From positions 19,478 to 83,477 of the IMG/VR virus record IMGVR_UViG_3300025785_000013: DNA of 64,000 nt, one strand, 5' to 3'. Below, one piece after another: positions 1-8,923 of this stretch. This DNA is from a virus. The translations under genes and the position numbers were made by a program. The notes beneath the pieces were generated by a model. That model saw nothing but the letters and a program-made list of their open reading frames with translations. It was not told the DNA's origin and searched no databases. Within the stretch, counting starts at the first letter, position 1, and every line of letters starts with the position of its first letter.

Positions 1-1
1 C

Positions 2-667
2 CGTAAGGGCAATGAAAACGGTCAACACGACGCATTGAAAGCCCTAGGCCGACCACCAGTGCCCACTGGCCTGAAGCCGAAAGACTTGATTGGCATACCT
101 TGGCGCGTGGCGTTCGCACTTCAGCAAGACGGCTGGTATCTCCGCAGCGACATCATCTGGCACAAGCCCAATCCGATGCCCGAGAGCGTCACCGACCGAC
201 CCACCAAGAGCCACGAGTATCTGTTTCTGCTCACCAAGTCGCCTCGGTATTACTACGACCACGAGGCCATCAAAGAGGATGGCGTTATCCCTGCTGGCAC
301 AAAGGCGGCAAAGGGTTCTGCTGAAAGGCAGGGTCTAAAGGGGGTCAATGCCCGACCACCCGAATACAAGGTCTATGACGGTAAGCGGAATAAGCGTGAC
401 GTATGGACTATCAACACTAAGCCCTTCAAAGGGGCGCACTTTGCGGTGATGCCAGAGGCCCTTGCAGAGCCGTGCATCCTTGCTGGTTCAGCACCCGGCG
501 ACACGGTACTTGACCCGTTTGCTGGAAGTGGAACGGTGGCAGTCGTTGCGCTGCGCCACGGAAGGAACTTTGTTGGTACGGAACTCAACCCTGAGTACAG
601 TGAAATCGCACAAAACCGTATCTACGATGATGCCCCAATGTTCTACCAGATAGAGGTGGTCGAATGA
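2..667 (+). CDS. DNA methyltransferase (N6-adenine/N4-cytosine type), 5'-truncated by window edge
   Basis: IIWHKPNPMPESV, HFAVMP and VLDPFAGSGT (SAM-binding motif I) near C-terminus; frame is open back to position 2. Confidence 0.92.
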   Translation, partial: RKGNENGQHDALKALGRPPVPTGLKPKDLIGIPWRVAFALQQDGWYLRSDIIWHKPNPMPESVTDRPTKSHEYLFLLTKSPRYYYDHEAIKEDGVIPAGTKAAKGSAERQGLKGVNARPPEYKVYDGKRNKRDVWTINTKPFKGAHFAVMPEALAEPCILAGSAPGDTVLDPFAGSGTVAVVALRHGRNFVGTELNPEYSEIAQNRIYDDAPMFYQIEVVE

Positions 668-843
668 CGTTTGACGAATGGCTGGAATTTGGAATTGCTT
701 CGGGTTTCTGTACCCAGCAGTACTGCGCTTTCCACGATTTTCCACCACTGACGGATGCCGAAGAAGCGTTGCTGGATGAAAATGACGAGATTTGCTACGG
801 CGTTGTCCGGCTCGGAAGCCCAAGCGACTGGCTACAGGCGTGA
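664..843 (+). CDS. small acidic hypothetical protein (59 aa, MTFDEWLEFGIASGFC...)
   Basis: Own translation; ATGA overlap with upstream stop and GTGA overlap with next gene. Confidence 0.75.
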   Translation: MTFDEWLEFGIASGFCTQQYCAFHDFPPLTDAEEALLDENDEICYGVVRLGSPSDWLQA

Positions 844-1067
844 AGGCCATCGTTCATATTCACCAACAGAAAATCAAGAAGGGCGAACCAGCCATCATCG
901 TTCGCACCTACAAAGGGGTTGCTCACTACAGTGAAATCCTCATCAACGGCCCGATGCGCCTCGTGCAGAGCGACACCCCGGACAAATGTGGCGCACGGGT
1001 TTGGATTGAAACCGACACCGAGTACATCACCCCAGTGAGCGACTTCATTCTCTTTGGGGAGCAGTAG
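840..1067 (+). CDS. hypothetical phage protein (MKAIVHIHQQKIK...CGARVWIET)
   Basis: GTG start overlapping previous stop; tightly packed. Confidence 0.75.
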   Translation: MKAIVHIHQQKIKKGEPAIIVRTYKGVAHYSEILINGPMRLVQSDTPDKCGARVWIETDTEYITPVSDFILFGEQ

Positions 1068-1252
1068 TGCTGGGCGAAGGTGAAAAACGGCTAGTCAGCC
1101 TTTGGTATGGGAACGGTTTCTACGCCAAGGTCTACGAAGAAGCCGACGGCTCGTTCCACGCATTTTTCACTACGCCCGACTTTGACAACATTGCCGACGC
1201 ACTCCAGTTTGTGGATAGGATTGCCGTCATTCTCCTTGGGGGTTTGGAATAG
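1067..1252 (+). CDS. hypothetical protein
   Basis: ORF track; 1-nt overlaps at both ends. Confidence 0.65.
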   Translation: MLGEGEKRLVSLWYGNGFYAKVYEEADGSFHAFFTTPDFDNIADALQFVDRIAVILLGGLE

Positions 1253-1395
1253 TGGATTGTCCGCACGAATGGCAACTCATCGCAGTAGGAAGCAAGGTGT
1301 GGGTGAACTGCAAGAACTGCACGAAGCGGTTCCCGTTCACCACCGAGTTCAATGGAACGCCCTACAAGGGGCCTATTCCCGAAAGGTACCGATGA
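1252..1395 (+). CDS. small Cys/His zinc-ribbon-like protein (MDCPHEW...CKNC)
   Basis: Own translation, 47 aa; CxH...CxxC; translationally coupled on both sides. Confidence 0.6.
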   Translation: MDCPHEWQLIAVGSKVWVNCKNCTKRFPFTTEFNGTPYKGPIPERYR

Positions 1396-1676
1396 GGAAG
1401 AAAGAACTGAAGGCGTTGGTGGAAACCACCCGAAGGGATTTGGAAACCTGCCACCAGTTGCTCTACAAGTACGCCGAAGACATTGACAAGTTGATTCAGC
1501 ACACCGTCACAACGGACAACAAGATTGCCGAAATCGAAAAGGAGAAAGACGTACTTCGCTACGCTTTTCACCTCGCCACTGGTCGGCTCGCAGCGCATCA
1601 AGGCATTGACTTCGACAACATCTCGGCCTTTGCCGACGCACTCATCTCCGAGGCAGAGCAAGACGCTCAGGATTGA
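1392..1676 (+). CDS. coiled-coil hypothetical protein
   Basis: ATG at 1392 (MRKKELKALVE...) within ORF 1107..1676. Confidence 0.7.
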   Translation: MRKKELKALVETTRRDLETCHQLLYKYAEDIDKLIQHTVTTDNKIAEIEKEKDVLRYAFHLATGRLAAHQGIDFDNISAFADALISEAEQDAQD

Positions 1677-1679
1677 ATT

Positions 1680-1912
1680 GCAGTTGGCTGGCCAAGCCTT
1701 GGTAATCAGGGGACTGCTACTCCCATACCTATCTGTATATGCCAAAATCACCATCCGATAGGCAATGGTTCTTTTTATACGGCTTCCAACCTTGTCACCC
1801 AAGGTAGGAAATTTTGGATGGTGACTTCCAAAGAACCGTAAGTGGCAACCTGTCTTCTGACAACGCTCGTGGCTTAATGCCCTTTTTACCGTCGCCACGC
1901 CGACGTGCTTCC
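1680..1912 (-). ncRNA. candidate structured ncRNA
   Basis: Lies downstream of a consensus leftward promoter; no convincing ORF; several complementary segments. Confidence 0.4.
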
Positions 1913-1918
1913 AAACAC

Positions 1919-1947
1919 AGTATACCAACCCCACTACAGGGTGTCAA
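1919..1947 (-). promoter_or_regulatory. sigma70/SigA-type promoter
   Basis: TTGACA-17 nt-TATACT on minus strand. Confidence 0.8.
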
Positions 1948-1954
1948 GAGAAAT

Positions 1955-1987
1955 GACGAAGCGGCCCGTTGGAGAGGCCGCCTCGTC
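1955..1987 (-). terminator. GC-rich hairpin, probable terminator
   Basis: GACGAAGCGGCC...GGCCGCCTCGTC inverted repeat, followed by ATTTCTC on minus strand. Confidence 0.5.
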
Positions 1988-2127
1988 GGTACTTCTGGTG
2001 TTGGTTAACGCAGCATTGCAGTACTTCGGGTTAGGGCTTGGCAGACTGTCTGCCAACCGAAGCCCCGTTATCGTATCCACTTCAGCAGAGGTTTGCAACA
2101 ACACACTCAACCCTGTACGGTAGTGAA

Positions 2128-2520
2128 ATGCGAACGAAACCGAACACGCCACCCCGTCGTAAAGACGCAGAGATTCTTCGCTACATCGCTTGGCACTGTA
2201 GGGAGATGGGGTTTTCACCATCCATCCGAAGTATCTGCACTGCGACAGGAATTCGGAGTACATCAACGGTTCAGCAGATGCTGGTCAGAATGGAAGTCGA
2301 AGGCCGGATTCGCCGTGACGGGTACAAGCGCACCGTCATCACTGTCCAAGATGTTGACCCGGAGTTCTGCCAGCACGACTGGCGCATCACCAACAAAGAT
2401 TGCATTGCCCTCGGAGAGGCGTTGGTGGAATGTCTGCACTGCCATCGGAGTACAGCCGTTGAGTTCCACCCGGATTGGAACGACTTAGAAACTTGCCCAC
2501 GCTACACGGGTCAAGTGTAG
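2128..2520 (+). CDS. LexA-like winged-helix DNA-binding protein with C-terminal Cys cluster
   Basis: ILRYI...GFSPSIRSICTATGIRSTSTVQQML...EGRIRR matches the LexA N-terminal domain pattern; CQHDW...CLHC; no peptidase domain. Confidence 0.8.
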   Translation: MRTKPNTPPRRKDAEILRYIAWHCREMGFSPSIRSICTATGIRSTSTVQQMLVRMEVEGRIRRDGYKRTVITVQDVDPEFCQHDWRITNKDCIALGEALVECLHCHRSTAVEFHPDWNDLETCPRYTGQV

Positions 2521-2575
2521 GCAAACTAAATATCTGTGCTAACCTATGTGCAGCAACCCTAGTAGGGAGTTGAGG

Positions 2576-2809
2576 ATGAGTTCACTGAACGAATTGGCCG
2601 AGAGGATTGCCAAGGAAATGACCCTTGGTACGCCGAACGACGAAGACTTGCACAACCTTGTCCAAAAGGCACTGACCCAGCAGGATGCCCTTGCGCGGCT
2701 GGCCAGTGAAAACGAAGCACTGACCAAGCAGGTGGCCGACCTCACTGCTCGCTTGGAATCCATTGAGCCGTTCACCCACCTCGTGCAGTACGCAGAGGGT
2801 TCTGCCTGA
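2576..2809 (+). CDS. coiled-coil hypothetical protein
   Basis: ORF with GGGAG/GAGG upstream; heptad pattern. Confidence 0.7.
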   Translation: MSSLNELAERIAKEMTLGTPNDEDLHNLVQKALTQQDALARLASENEALTKQVADLTARLESIEPFTHLVQYAEGSA

Positions 2810-3066
2810 TGTGGCCGTTCACCAAGTCCCGGCTTGTGTGGAAGAAGGGCGAGTTCAACGAATTTGAAGCAGTAGACGAGCCGTATCGCTACGTCGTTTG
2901 GTCGGGGAATGGAATCACCGAACTGCGCCTCATCCAGCGTGAGCAGTTCAACGGCATTGGTATGCCGTTCCAAGATTTCAGCATCTACACCCGTGACATT
3001 GACGCTGCGTTCGCTTTGGCCGAAGAAGTCAACAAGTTGATTCGTAAGGCTCGCCGGTACAAGTAA
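2809..3066 (+). CDS. hypothetical protein
   Basis: ORF track; TGATG coupling. Confidence 0.7.
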   Translation: MWPFTKSRLVWKKGEFNEFEAVDEPYRYVVWSGNGITELRLIQREQFNGIGMPFQDFSIYTRDIDAAFALAEEVNKLIRKARRYK

Positions 3067-3096
3067 ACGTCACACCGTTCTGCTATGGTGGAACGT

Positions 3097-3894
3097 ATGT
3101 CCTCAACCCCTGTTTATCTCGGTGAGAAGCCCGACGGAGTATCACCAAGTCGGGTAAGCCAATTCAAAAACTGCCCTCGCCAGTACCAGTACGTCTCGGT
3201 GGAGAGACTGCCAGAGAAGAAGGGTGAGGCTGCATACCGGGGAACTATCTTCCACGCCGTGCTGGAAAACCTGTTCCGTGACGAAGCCCCCGAAGACCGG
3301 ACAGTGGACAATGCGATGAAGCACTTCCGTTCGCTCTATCGGGAATATATGACCCCCGAAGCGATTGAAGAACTTGGCTTCGATGAAATCCGTGTGCAGA
3401 AGTACGCTGCCGAAATCACCAAGTTGATTCGCACCTACTTCACGATGGAAGACCCCAGTTCGATTGACGTGGTTTCCACCGAAATCCGTTTGGACTTGGA
3501 TATGGGCGACTTTGGCCTGCGAGGAATCATTGACCGGCTAGACCGGCTCCCAGATGGCACACTCGCCATCCGTGACTACAAGACCGGCAAGGTTCCAAAG
3601 CCCCGGTACGAATCCAAGGCATTGGAAGCGTGTCAGGTGTACGCCTACCTGTGCGAAAAGGTTTACGGTGAACGGCCCAGCGTGATGAGCCTTATCTACG
3701 TCAAGGATGCAGTCACCATCGAAAAAACCGTGACGGACATTGACATCCGGGATGCTGAAACTCGTGTGCGTTCCGTGTGGGCAGCCATTGAGCGAGCCTA
3801 CGAGACTTCCAATTTTCCAGCACAGCCATCCATCCTGTGCAACTGGTGTTCGTTCCAACAACGCTGCCAAGAGGACAACTACTCCGTCTTCTAG
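3097..3894 (+). CDS. RecB-like PD-(D/E)XK exonuclease (Cas4/AddB-like)
   Basis: SPS...CPRQY, GTIFH, GIIDRLD, IRDYKTG, QxxxY-like CQVYAY, C-terminal CNWCSFQQRC. Confidence 0.9.
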   Translation: MSSTPVYLGEKPDGVSPSRVSQFKNCPRQYQYVSVERLPEKKGEAAYRGTIFHAVLENLFRDEAPEDRTVDNAMKHFRSLYREYMTPEAIEELGFDEIRVQKYAAEITKLIRTYFTMEDPSSIDVVSTEIRLDLDMGDFGLRGIIDRLDRLPDGTLAIRDYKTGKVPKPRYESKALEACQVYAYLCEKVYGERPSVMSLIYVKDAVTIEKTVTDIDIRDAETRVRSVWAAIERAYETSNFPAQPSILCNWCSFQQRCQEDNYSVF

Positions 3895-3925
3895 GCCCTC
3901 GGCAAGCGCAATATCGCGCTATTGC

Positions 3926-3953
3926 TTGACACTTCCAAAAAGTCTTCTACGAT
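3926..3953 (+). promoter_or_regulatory. promoter upstream of head operon
   Basis: TTGACA-16 nt-TACGAT. Confidence 0.55.
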
Positions 3954-3999
3954 TTCAGTAGTCAAGCCCTAGATGGGCAATGAATCGTTAGGAGATGGC

Positions 4000-4776
4000 G
4001 TGGCTCGTAAGTTAGTCCGTCTGAACATCAAGGAGACTTCGGGCGTTGACCGCCCGGCGCACCTCCACGATGGCTGGGTAGTGATGAAGTCTGCCAATCC
4101 TTCTGACGTTGCTGCGGTTCTTGACGAAGTTCGCCCCGAAGACACTGAAATCGAATTGGCAGATGATGCCAACGACGAAGTGGAAGTCGAAGCGAACAAG
4201 GCAGTAATCCCCACCCTCGTTTCCAAGGAGGAAACTATGTCTTTCACCCCAGAGGTGTCAACCCCAGAGGTTGTCATCATCCCTGAGGCTGCGAGCGAGG
4301 CTGACATCATTAAGGCGATGCCTGCGGCTATCCGCAAGATGCTGGATGACGCTTCGGCTAACGCCGAGGCTGCACTCCGCAAGGCTGCTGCCTCAGAGCA
4401 GGCTCTTTTGGCCGAGCGTGACGCTCGTGCTGACGAGGCTGCCGTGATGAAGGCTGCTCAGTGGTCGCACCTGAACATTGACCCCACGATTGTCGGCCCT
4501 GCGCTTCGTCGCTTGGCTGAAAACGATGGCACCCTCGCGAACGAGGTTGTCAAGGCACTTGACAGTGCCAACGCTTTGCTTGAAACCAACGTGGTTTTCA
4601 CTGAGGTTGGTTCCGACGCTCCTGTTGCGAGCGACGATTCCTACTCCAAGATGGAGAACCTCGCGAAGGCTGCTGTTGCTTCCGGCACGGCCCCGTCCTT
4701 TGAGGCTGCTCTGCTGGCTGTTGCCCAGTCGAACCCAGACCTCTACACCCAGTACCTCGCTGAAAAGGCTCGATAA
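4000..4776 (+). CDS. capsid scaffold protein with N-terminal prohead-protease (XkdF-like) segment
   Basis: GTG after AGGAGA; N-terminal LNIKETSGVDRPAH resembles the protease E-x-S-x-VD-x-PAN strand; Ala/Glu-rich helical body; directly upstream of decoration and capsid genes. Confidence 0.7.
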   Translation: MARKLVRLNIKETSGVDRPAHLHDGWVVMKSANPSDVAAVLDEVRPEDTEIELADDANDEVEVEANKAVIPTLVSKEETMSFTPEVSTPEVVIIPEAASEADIIKAMPAAIRKMLDDASANAEAALRKAAASEQALLAERDARADEAAVMKAAQWSHLNIDPTIVGPALRRLAENDGTLANEVVKALDSANALLETNVVFTEVGSDAPVASDDSYSKMENLAKAAVASGTAPSFEAALLAVAQSNPDLYTQYLAEKAR

Positions 4777-4778
4777 AT

Positions 4779-5540
4779 ATGGCTTGGGAACAAAATCCAT
4801 ACACCGTCAAGGTTTCGCTGGTTGCCGATTCGTCGCTTTCGACGCAGGTTAACTCGGCTGGAACCCCGGTCTTCACCCCGCAGTTCCGCTTCGTTTCCCT
4901 TGGTTCGACCAGTGCGACCATCACTGCGAACGTGACCGCTGGTAGCAACTCGGTGTCGGTGACCGGTACCACGGCGACCCCAGCAGCATTTGCTGGAATC
5001 GTCCCCGGTGCGCTCGTCACCGCGCCAGCCGGTCTTGCTGGTGCAACGGTTGTCGGCATCAACATTGCTGCTGGCTCGTTCACCATCTCGCAGGCTGCTC
5101 CCGGTACCACCGCAAGCGCTTCGATTACCCTCACGGTTCAGGGTCAGCCTGCTAGCCAACCTGTTGCCACGGCGATTGTTGCCGGACAGACTGCTCCCGG
5201 CACGACTGCCGTGAACGCTGGTGGAACCGGCCCCAAGGCCATCGGTATTCTTCAGAACCAGCCGGTGTACCGCACTGCTGCTGGCGGCAACCTTGAAGCC
5301 CTCGCTGAGGCTGAGGTCACCCTTTCGGGTATCTCCAAGGTTGTTTGTGGTCTTGCTGTGACCGTCGGTCAGGCTCTGACGATTGACACCTCTGGCGCAG
5401 TTGTCCCTGTCACCTACCCAACGACTGGTTCTTACGCCAGCCCTACCTCGTGGGTTTACGGTACTGCGCTTTCCAGCGGTGCTCAGGGTGACCTCATTGC
5501 GATGGCTGTCACGGCTTCGGCCCCGTCTCGCAACGCATAG
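4779..5540 (+). CDS. capsid decoration/cement protein with inserted beta module
   Basis: AIGILQN...AEVTLSGISKVVCG...GQALT...G.AL..GAQGDLI pattern; position between scaffold and capsid. Confidence 0.7.
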   Translation: MAWEQNPYTVKVSLVADSSLSTQVNSAGTPVFTPQFRFVSLGSTSATITANVTAGSNSVSVTGTTATPAAFAGIVPGALVTAPAGLAGATVVGINIAAGSFTISQAAPGTTASASITLTVQGQPASQPVATAIVAGQTAPGTTAVNAGGTGPKAIGILQNQPVYRTAAGGNLEALAEAEVTLSGISKVVCGLAVTVGQALTIDTSGAVVPVTYPTTGSYASPTSWVYGTALSSGAQGDLIAMAVTASAPSRNA

Positions 5541-5561
5541 GTTTAGAAAGGAACCTGAACA

Positions 5562-6641
5562 ATGCCCCAACCAAACGTTCAAAATGTTCACATTGACGCG
5601 ATTCTGACCAACATTTCAGTCGCGTACTTGCAGAACACCGACAACTTCATCGCTGACAAGGTTTTCCCTGTCATCCCGGTGGACAAGAAGTCCAACCTGT
5701 ACTTCAAGTACACGAAGGATGACTGGTTCCGTGACGAGGCTCAGCGTCGTGCTGATGGCACCGTCTCCGCTGGTTCTGGCTACGGCCTCACCACGGACAC
5801 CTATATGGCCGACGTGTGGGCTTTCCACAAGGACATTGGTGACCAGACCCGTGCCAACTCCGACAACCCCCTCAACCCCGATATGGAGGCGACGCAGTTC
5901 ATCACCCAGCGTCTTCTTCTCCGTCGTGAGGTTCAGTGGGCCAGCGACTACTTCCAAGCCGGTGTCTGGGCCTTGGGTGTCAATGGTCAGCCCGCTACCG
6001 GTTCTACCGCGGCTGTTAACGCTGGTACTGCCGTGTGGCAGTGGGATGACTACGTTGGTGCGACGGGTACCTCGTCGTACACCAACGGTGGAACCTACTA
6101 CTCCAACCCGATTGCGGACGTGGAACTCGCCAAGGCTGCCATCTTGCAGACCACGGGCTACGAGCCGAACACCCTCGTGCTTGGCTACCGTGTCTTCCAA
6201 GTGCTGAAGAACCACCCGCTTCTCGTTGACCGCTACAAGTTCACTCAGGCCGGTGCCATCGTCACCGAAGACCTGCTCGCCCAACTCTTTGGAGTTGACC
6301 GAGTGCTGGTCGCCAAGGCTGTCGTGAACACGGCGAACGAGACGGCGAGCGACCTGCTCGGTGTTGGTGTTGCTTCCAGCAACTACAAGTTCACCGTCGG
6401 CAACAACGCCCTGCTTGCCTACACCGCCCCGAACCCCGGTGTGATGACCCCCTCCGCTGGCTACACGTTTATGTGGACTGGCGTGTCGGGTGGCCTCGGT
6501 ACCACGGTTGGTGTGAGCCGCTTCCGTATGGAGGAACTGAAGGCAGACCGAGTTGAAGGTGAAATCGCCTTTGACAACAAGGTTGTCGCAGCCGACCTCG
6601 GCTACTTCTTCAGCAACATCATCGGTGGCACGGCCATCTAG
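5562..6641 (+). CDS. major capsid protein (HK97 fold)
   Basis: IDAILTNISVAY...FIADKVFPVIPVDK, PNTLVLG..VF..LKNHP, PSAGYTF; strong RBS AGAAAGGA; biased codons. Confidence 0.9.
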   Translation: MPQPNVQNVHIDAILTNISVAYLQNTDNFIADKVFPVIPVDKKSNLYFKYTKDDWFRDEAQRRADGTVSAGSGYGLTTDTYMADVWAFHKDIGDQTRANSDNPLNPDMEATQFITQRLLLRREVQWASDYFQAGVWALGVNGQPATGSTAAVNAGTAVWQWDDYVGATGTSSYTNGGTYYSNPIADVELAKAAILQTTGYEPNTLVLGYRVFQVLKNHPLLVDRYKFTQAGAIVTEDLLAQLFGVDRVLVAKAVVNTANETASDLLGVGVASSNYKFTVGNNALLAYTAPNPGVMTPSAGYTFMWTGVSGGLGTTVGVSRFRMEELKADRVEGEIAFDNKVVAADLGYFFSNIIGGTAI

Positions 6642-6660
6642 CCTCTAGTAGGCTAGGGGT

Positions 6661-7017
6661 ATGAACCCCGAACCACGCTTCACACACAGAATCGCCAAAG
6701 TGTACCCAGCCGGTGCCTTTGGCGATTCTGTGTTTGGGCCGAACAATCTCGTCTCCACTGAAACGTGGACACGACGAGGATTTGACCACATCGAACTGTA
6801 CGGATGGGCAAGGCCCTTGACCCCGTATGAATTGGAACACCTTGACGAGGAACTGGCTGCTGCCGGGTGGGTTTGGCCCCCCGTGGAAGCCGAGCCTGAG
6901 GTGGAAACCGTTGTTGAGCCTGAGGCTGTAGACGAGCCTGTTGTGACCAAGGCTCCGGCCAAGAAGCCAGCAGCGAAGACGGTGAAAAAGGCAGTCAAGA
7001 AGCCAGCCACCGAGTAG
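6661..7017 (+). CDS. hypothetical protein with acidic/Pro and Lys-Ala-rich tail
   Basis: ORF track; follows capsid gene. Confidence 0.7.
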   Translation: MNPEPRFTHRIAKVYPAGAFGDSVFGPNNLVSTETWTRRGFDHIELYGWARPLTPYELEHLDEELAAAGWVWPPVEAEPEVETVVEPEAVDEPVVTKAPAKKPAAKTVKKAVKKPATE

Positions 7018-7054
7018 CCACAGTTTACGGCAATACTGGTGATACGATTTCCGT

Positions 7055-7315
7055 ATGTCGCTGCGAGATGCTGAAAAGCGTATTGAGCAATCATCCACCT
7101 GTCGCTTCGCAGACTTCCTGAAGTCGTTAGACAAGGATGACACTGCCACGCTGAAATCGTGGATTGAACTCCAAAAGCCTGCTGGCTGGATTGCCAGAGT
7201 GGTCACTGCCGACGGCAAGAAACTCAACGAGAAGACCCTGAAGCGTCACCTTGACGGCCAGTGTCAATGCCCTGCTGAATCCACCCACAAGGGGGCGTAT
7301 CGTGTCGCTAAGTGA
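7055..7315 (+). CDS. small helix-turn-helix-like protein with terminal RH...CxC
   Basis: ORF track; precedes phosphoesterase. Confidence 0.7.
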   Translation: MSLRDAEKRIEQSSTCRFADFLKSLDKDDTATLKSWIELQKPAGWIARVVTADGKKLNEKTLKRHLDGQCQCPAESTHKGAYRVAK

Positions 7316-8543
7316 CGCAGCATCGTCATTGCCACAGCGTCACGTCAACACCATTCCAAAAGGAACTGAGCCATCGTTCCAATGGAATGGCAACGAGGGC
7401 TACATCACCTCACCGCTTCTCCCCAATGAGCCAGACCCGGCGTTTTGGGAAGTCCTTATGCAGGACTGGGGGCTTTCACCAGACACTACGGAAGTCGTAG
7501 ACGGCTCCGTCAATATCCGTGGCTGGGATGCCAATATGGGCCGAGATGCAGACGGTCACCCAACCGTGCATCGAATGAAGTACTACCGAGCGCAGATTCG
7601 CCGTCGCCAAGGTGGTGAACGCTCCATCAACGTGGACACGTTGTGCGAGAAGATTCTGAAGCGCAAGCCACTGAAGTCCGCCCCAAGTGTAAACAGCAAC
7701 CGTGCATTGGTAGTCACTTTTTCCGATTGGCAGACAGGAAAAGGGGAAGGGGGTGGCCCAGATGCAATGACCGAGCGCATCTGCCTCGCCCAAGACCGTG
7801 TGGTGGAACGGGTCAAGGAACTGCGTAAGGCTGGTCGTGCGCCTAGCCATATCTACATTGCTGGAATGGGCGACCTCGTGGAGCAGTGCGACGGTCACTA
7901 CGATATGCAGACTTTCCAAACCGTCCTCACTCGTCGCCAACAGAAGGACTTGGTGGTCTACCTCATTGACCGGATGGTGGAATTGTTGGTAGACAATTTC
8001 CCCGATATCCAAATCATCCTCACTGCCGTTCCGGGCAATCACGGTGAAAACCGCAAGAACGGCAAGGCGTTCACGGACTGGTTGGACAACGACGATTTGG
8101 ATGTTTTCACCTCAACGTACCGTTGTTATCTGAAGAACCCAGAACGCTACGTCAATGTTTCGATGCCCCAGTTCGACGGCCTCGTTCAGGAAGACTTGAC
8201 TATCACCTTGGACATCTGTGGTGTGCCAGTGACGTTCGCTCACGGCCACCAATTTGGAAAGGGCAACGGTGGAGGCACGGTTGCCAAGATTGAGGCGTGG
8301 TGGAAAGGCCAAGTAATGGGTCGCACTCCGGCTGCGGACAGCGCAATCCTCATCTCTGGCCATTATCACCACTTCGTCGCATCTGAAGGCACTGGTCGCC
8401 AAGTGTTCCAATGCCCAGCGATGGATGGTGGTTCTAAGTGGTTTACAAGCCAGACGGGTGCAAACTCCCCTGCTGGAATGTTGACGGTTGGTATCGGACT
8501 TGACTACGGCTCTCGTGGCTGGGGAGATTTACTGATTATCTGA
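7302..8543 (+). CDS. calcineurin-like metallophosphoesterase
   Basis: SDWQ, GDLVE, GNHGE, HGH, GHYHH motifs. Confidence 0.88.
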   Translation: MSLSDAASSLPQRHVNTIPKGTEPSFQWNGNEGYITSPLLPNEPDPAFWEVLMQDWGLSPDTTEVVDGSVNIRGWDANMGRDADGHPTVHRMKYYRAQIRRRQGGERSINVDTLCEKILKRKPLKSAPSVNSNRALVVTFSDWQTGKGEGGGPDAMTERICLAQDRVVERVKELRKAGRAPSHIYIAGMGDLVEQCDGHYDMQTFQTVLTRRQQKDLVVYLIDRMVELLVDNFPDIQIILTAVPGNHGENRKNGKAFTDWLDNDDLDVFTSTYRCYLKNPERYVNVSMPQFDGLVQEDLTITLDICGVPVTFAHGHQFGKGNGGGTVAKIEAWWKGQVMGRTPAADSAILISGHYHHFVASEGTGRQVFQCPAMDGGSKWFTSQTGANSPAGMLTVGIGLDYGSRGWGDLLII

Positions 8544-8923
8544 TGGCGTATTACTTGTGCGGCCCGATGCGGGGTCTGCCCCACTCCAACTTCCCTGCCT
8601 TTGAAGAAGCGCGGGAACACCTCAGAAGCCTCGGATTCGACGCTCTTTGCCCCGTAGAGGCTGCCAAAGAGCGATTGGGTGCTGATATCCAAGCCGACGA
8701 TTCTAACTACTACGACCAAATGTGGCACTGCTTCGATATGGTGCAGCGTTGCGATGGTGTAATCGTGCTGCCGGGTTGGGCGAAGTCTGAAGGCGCAAAG
8801 GCAGAAGTACTGGTTGCCGTGAACACTGGCAAGCCGGTTTACGCCTACCACAAGCACCGCCCCCACGTTTTGGAAGAACTGGTCGGCGTGAAAATCACCA
8901 CACGGGCAGAAATGTTGTCGTAA
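8543..8923 (+). CDS. DUF4406 / nucleoside deoxyribosyltransferase-like protein
   Basis: YLCGPMRGLPHSNFPAF...CDGVIVLPGWAKSEGAKAE. Confidence 0.8.
   Translation: MAYYLCGPMRGLPHSNFPAFEEAREHLRSLGFDALCPVEAAKERLGADIQADDSNYYDQMWHCFDMVQRCDGVIVLPGWAKSEGAKAEVLVAVNTGKPVYAYHKHRPHVLEELVGVKITTRAEMLS

Noticed and set aside
1362-1934. 190-aa minus-strand ORF
   Set aside because: Overlaps a credible plus-strand gene, starts inside the promoter, and has no protein-like features
3097-3894. CRISPR-associated cas4
   Set aside because: No other cas genes or repeat-spacer array seen; stand-alone RecB-like nucleases are common in phages
4743-6284. Long antisense ORFs over decoration and capsid genes, and similar ones elsewhere (e.g. 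23682..24885, 33405..34055, 59228..59899, 60036..60800)
   Set aside because: Shadow frames expected from codon bias; no recognisable motifs or expression signals, unlike the LAGLIDADG case
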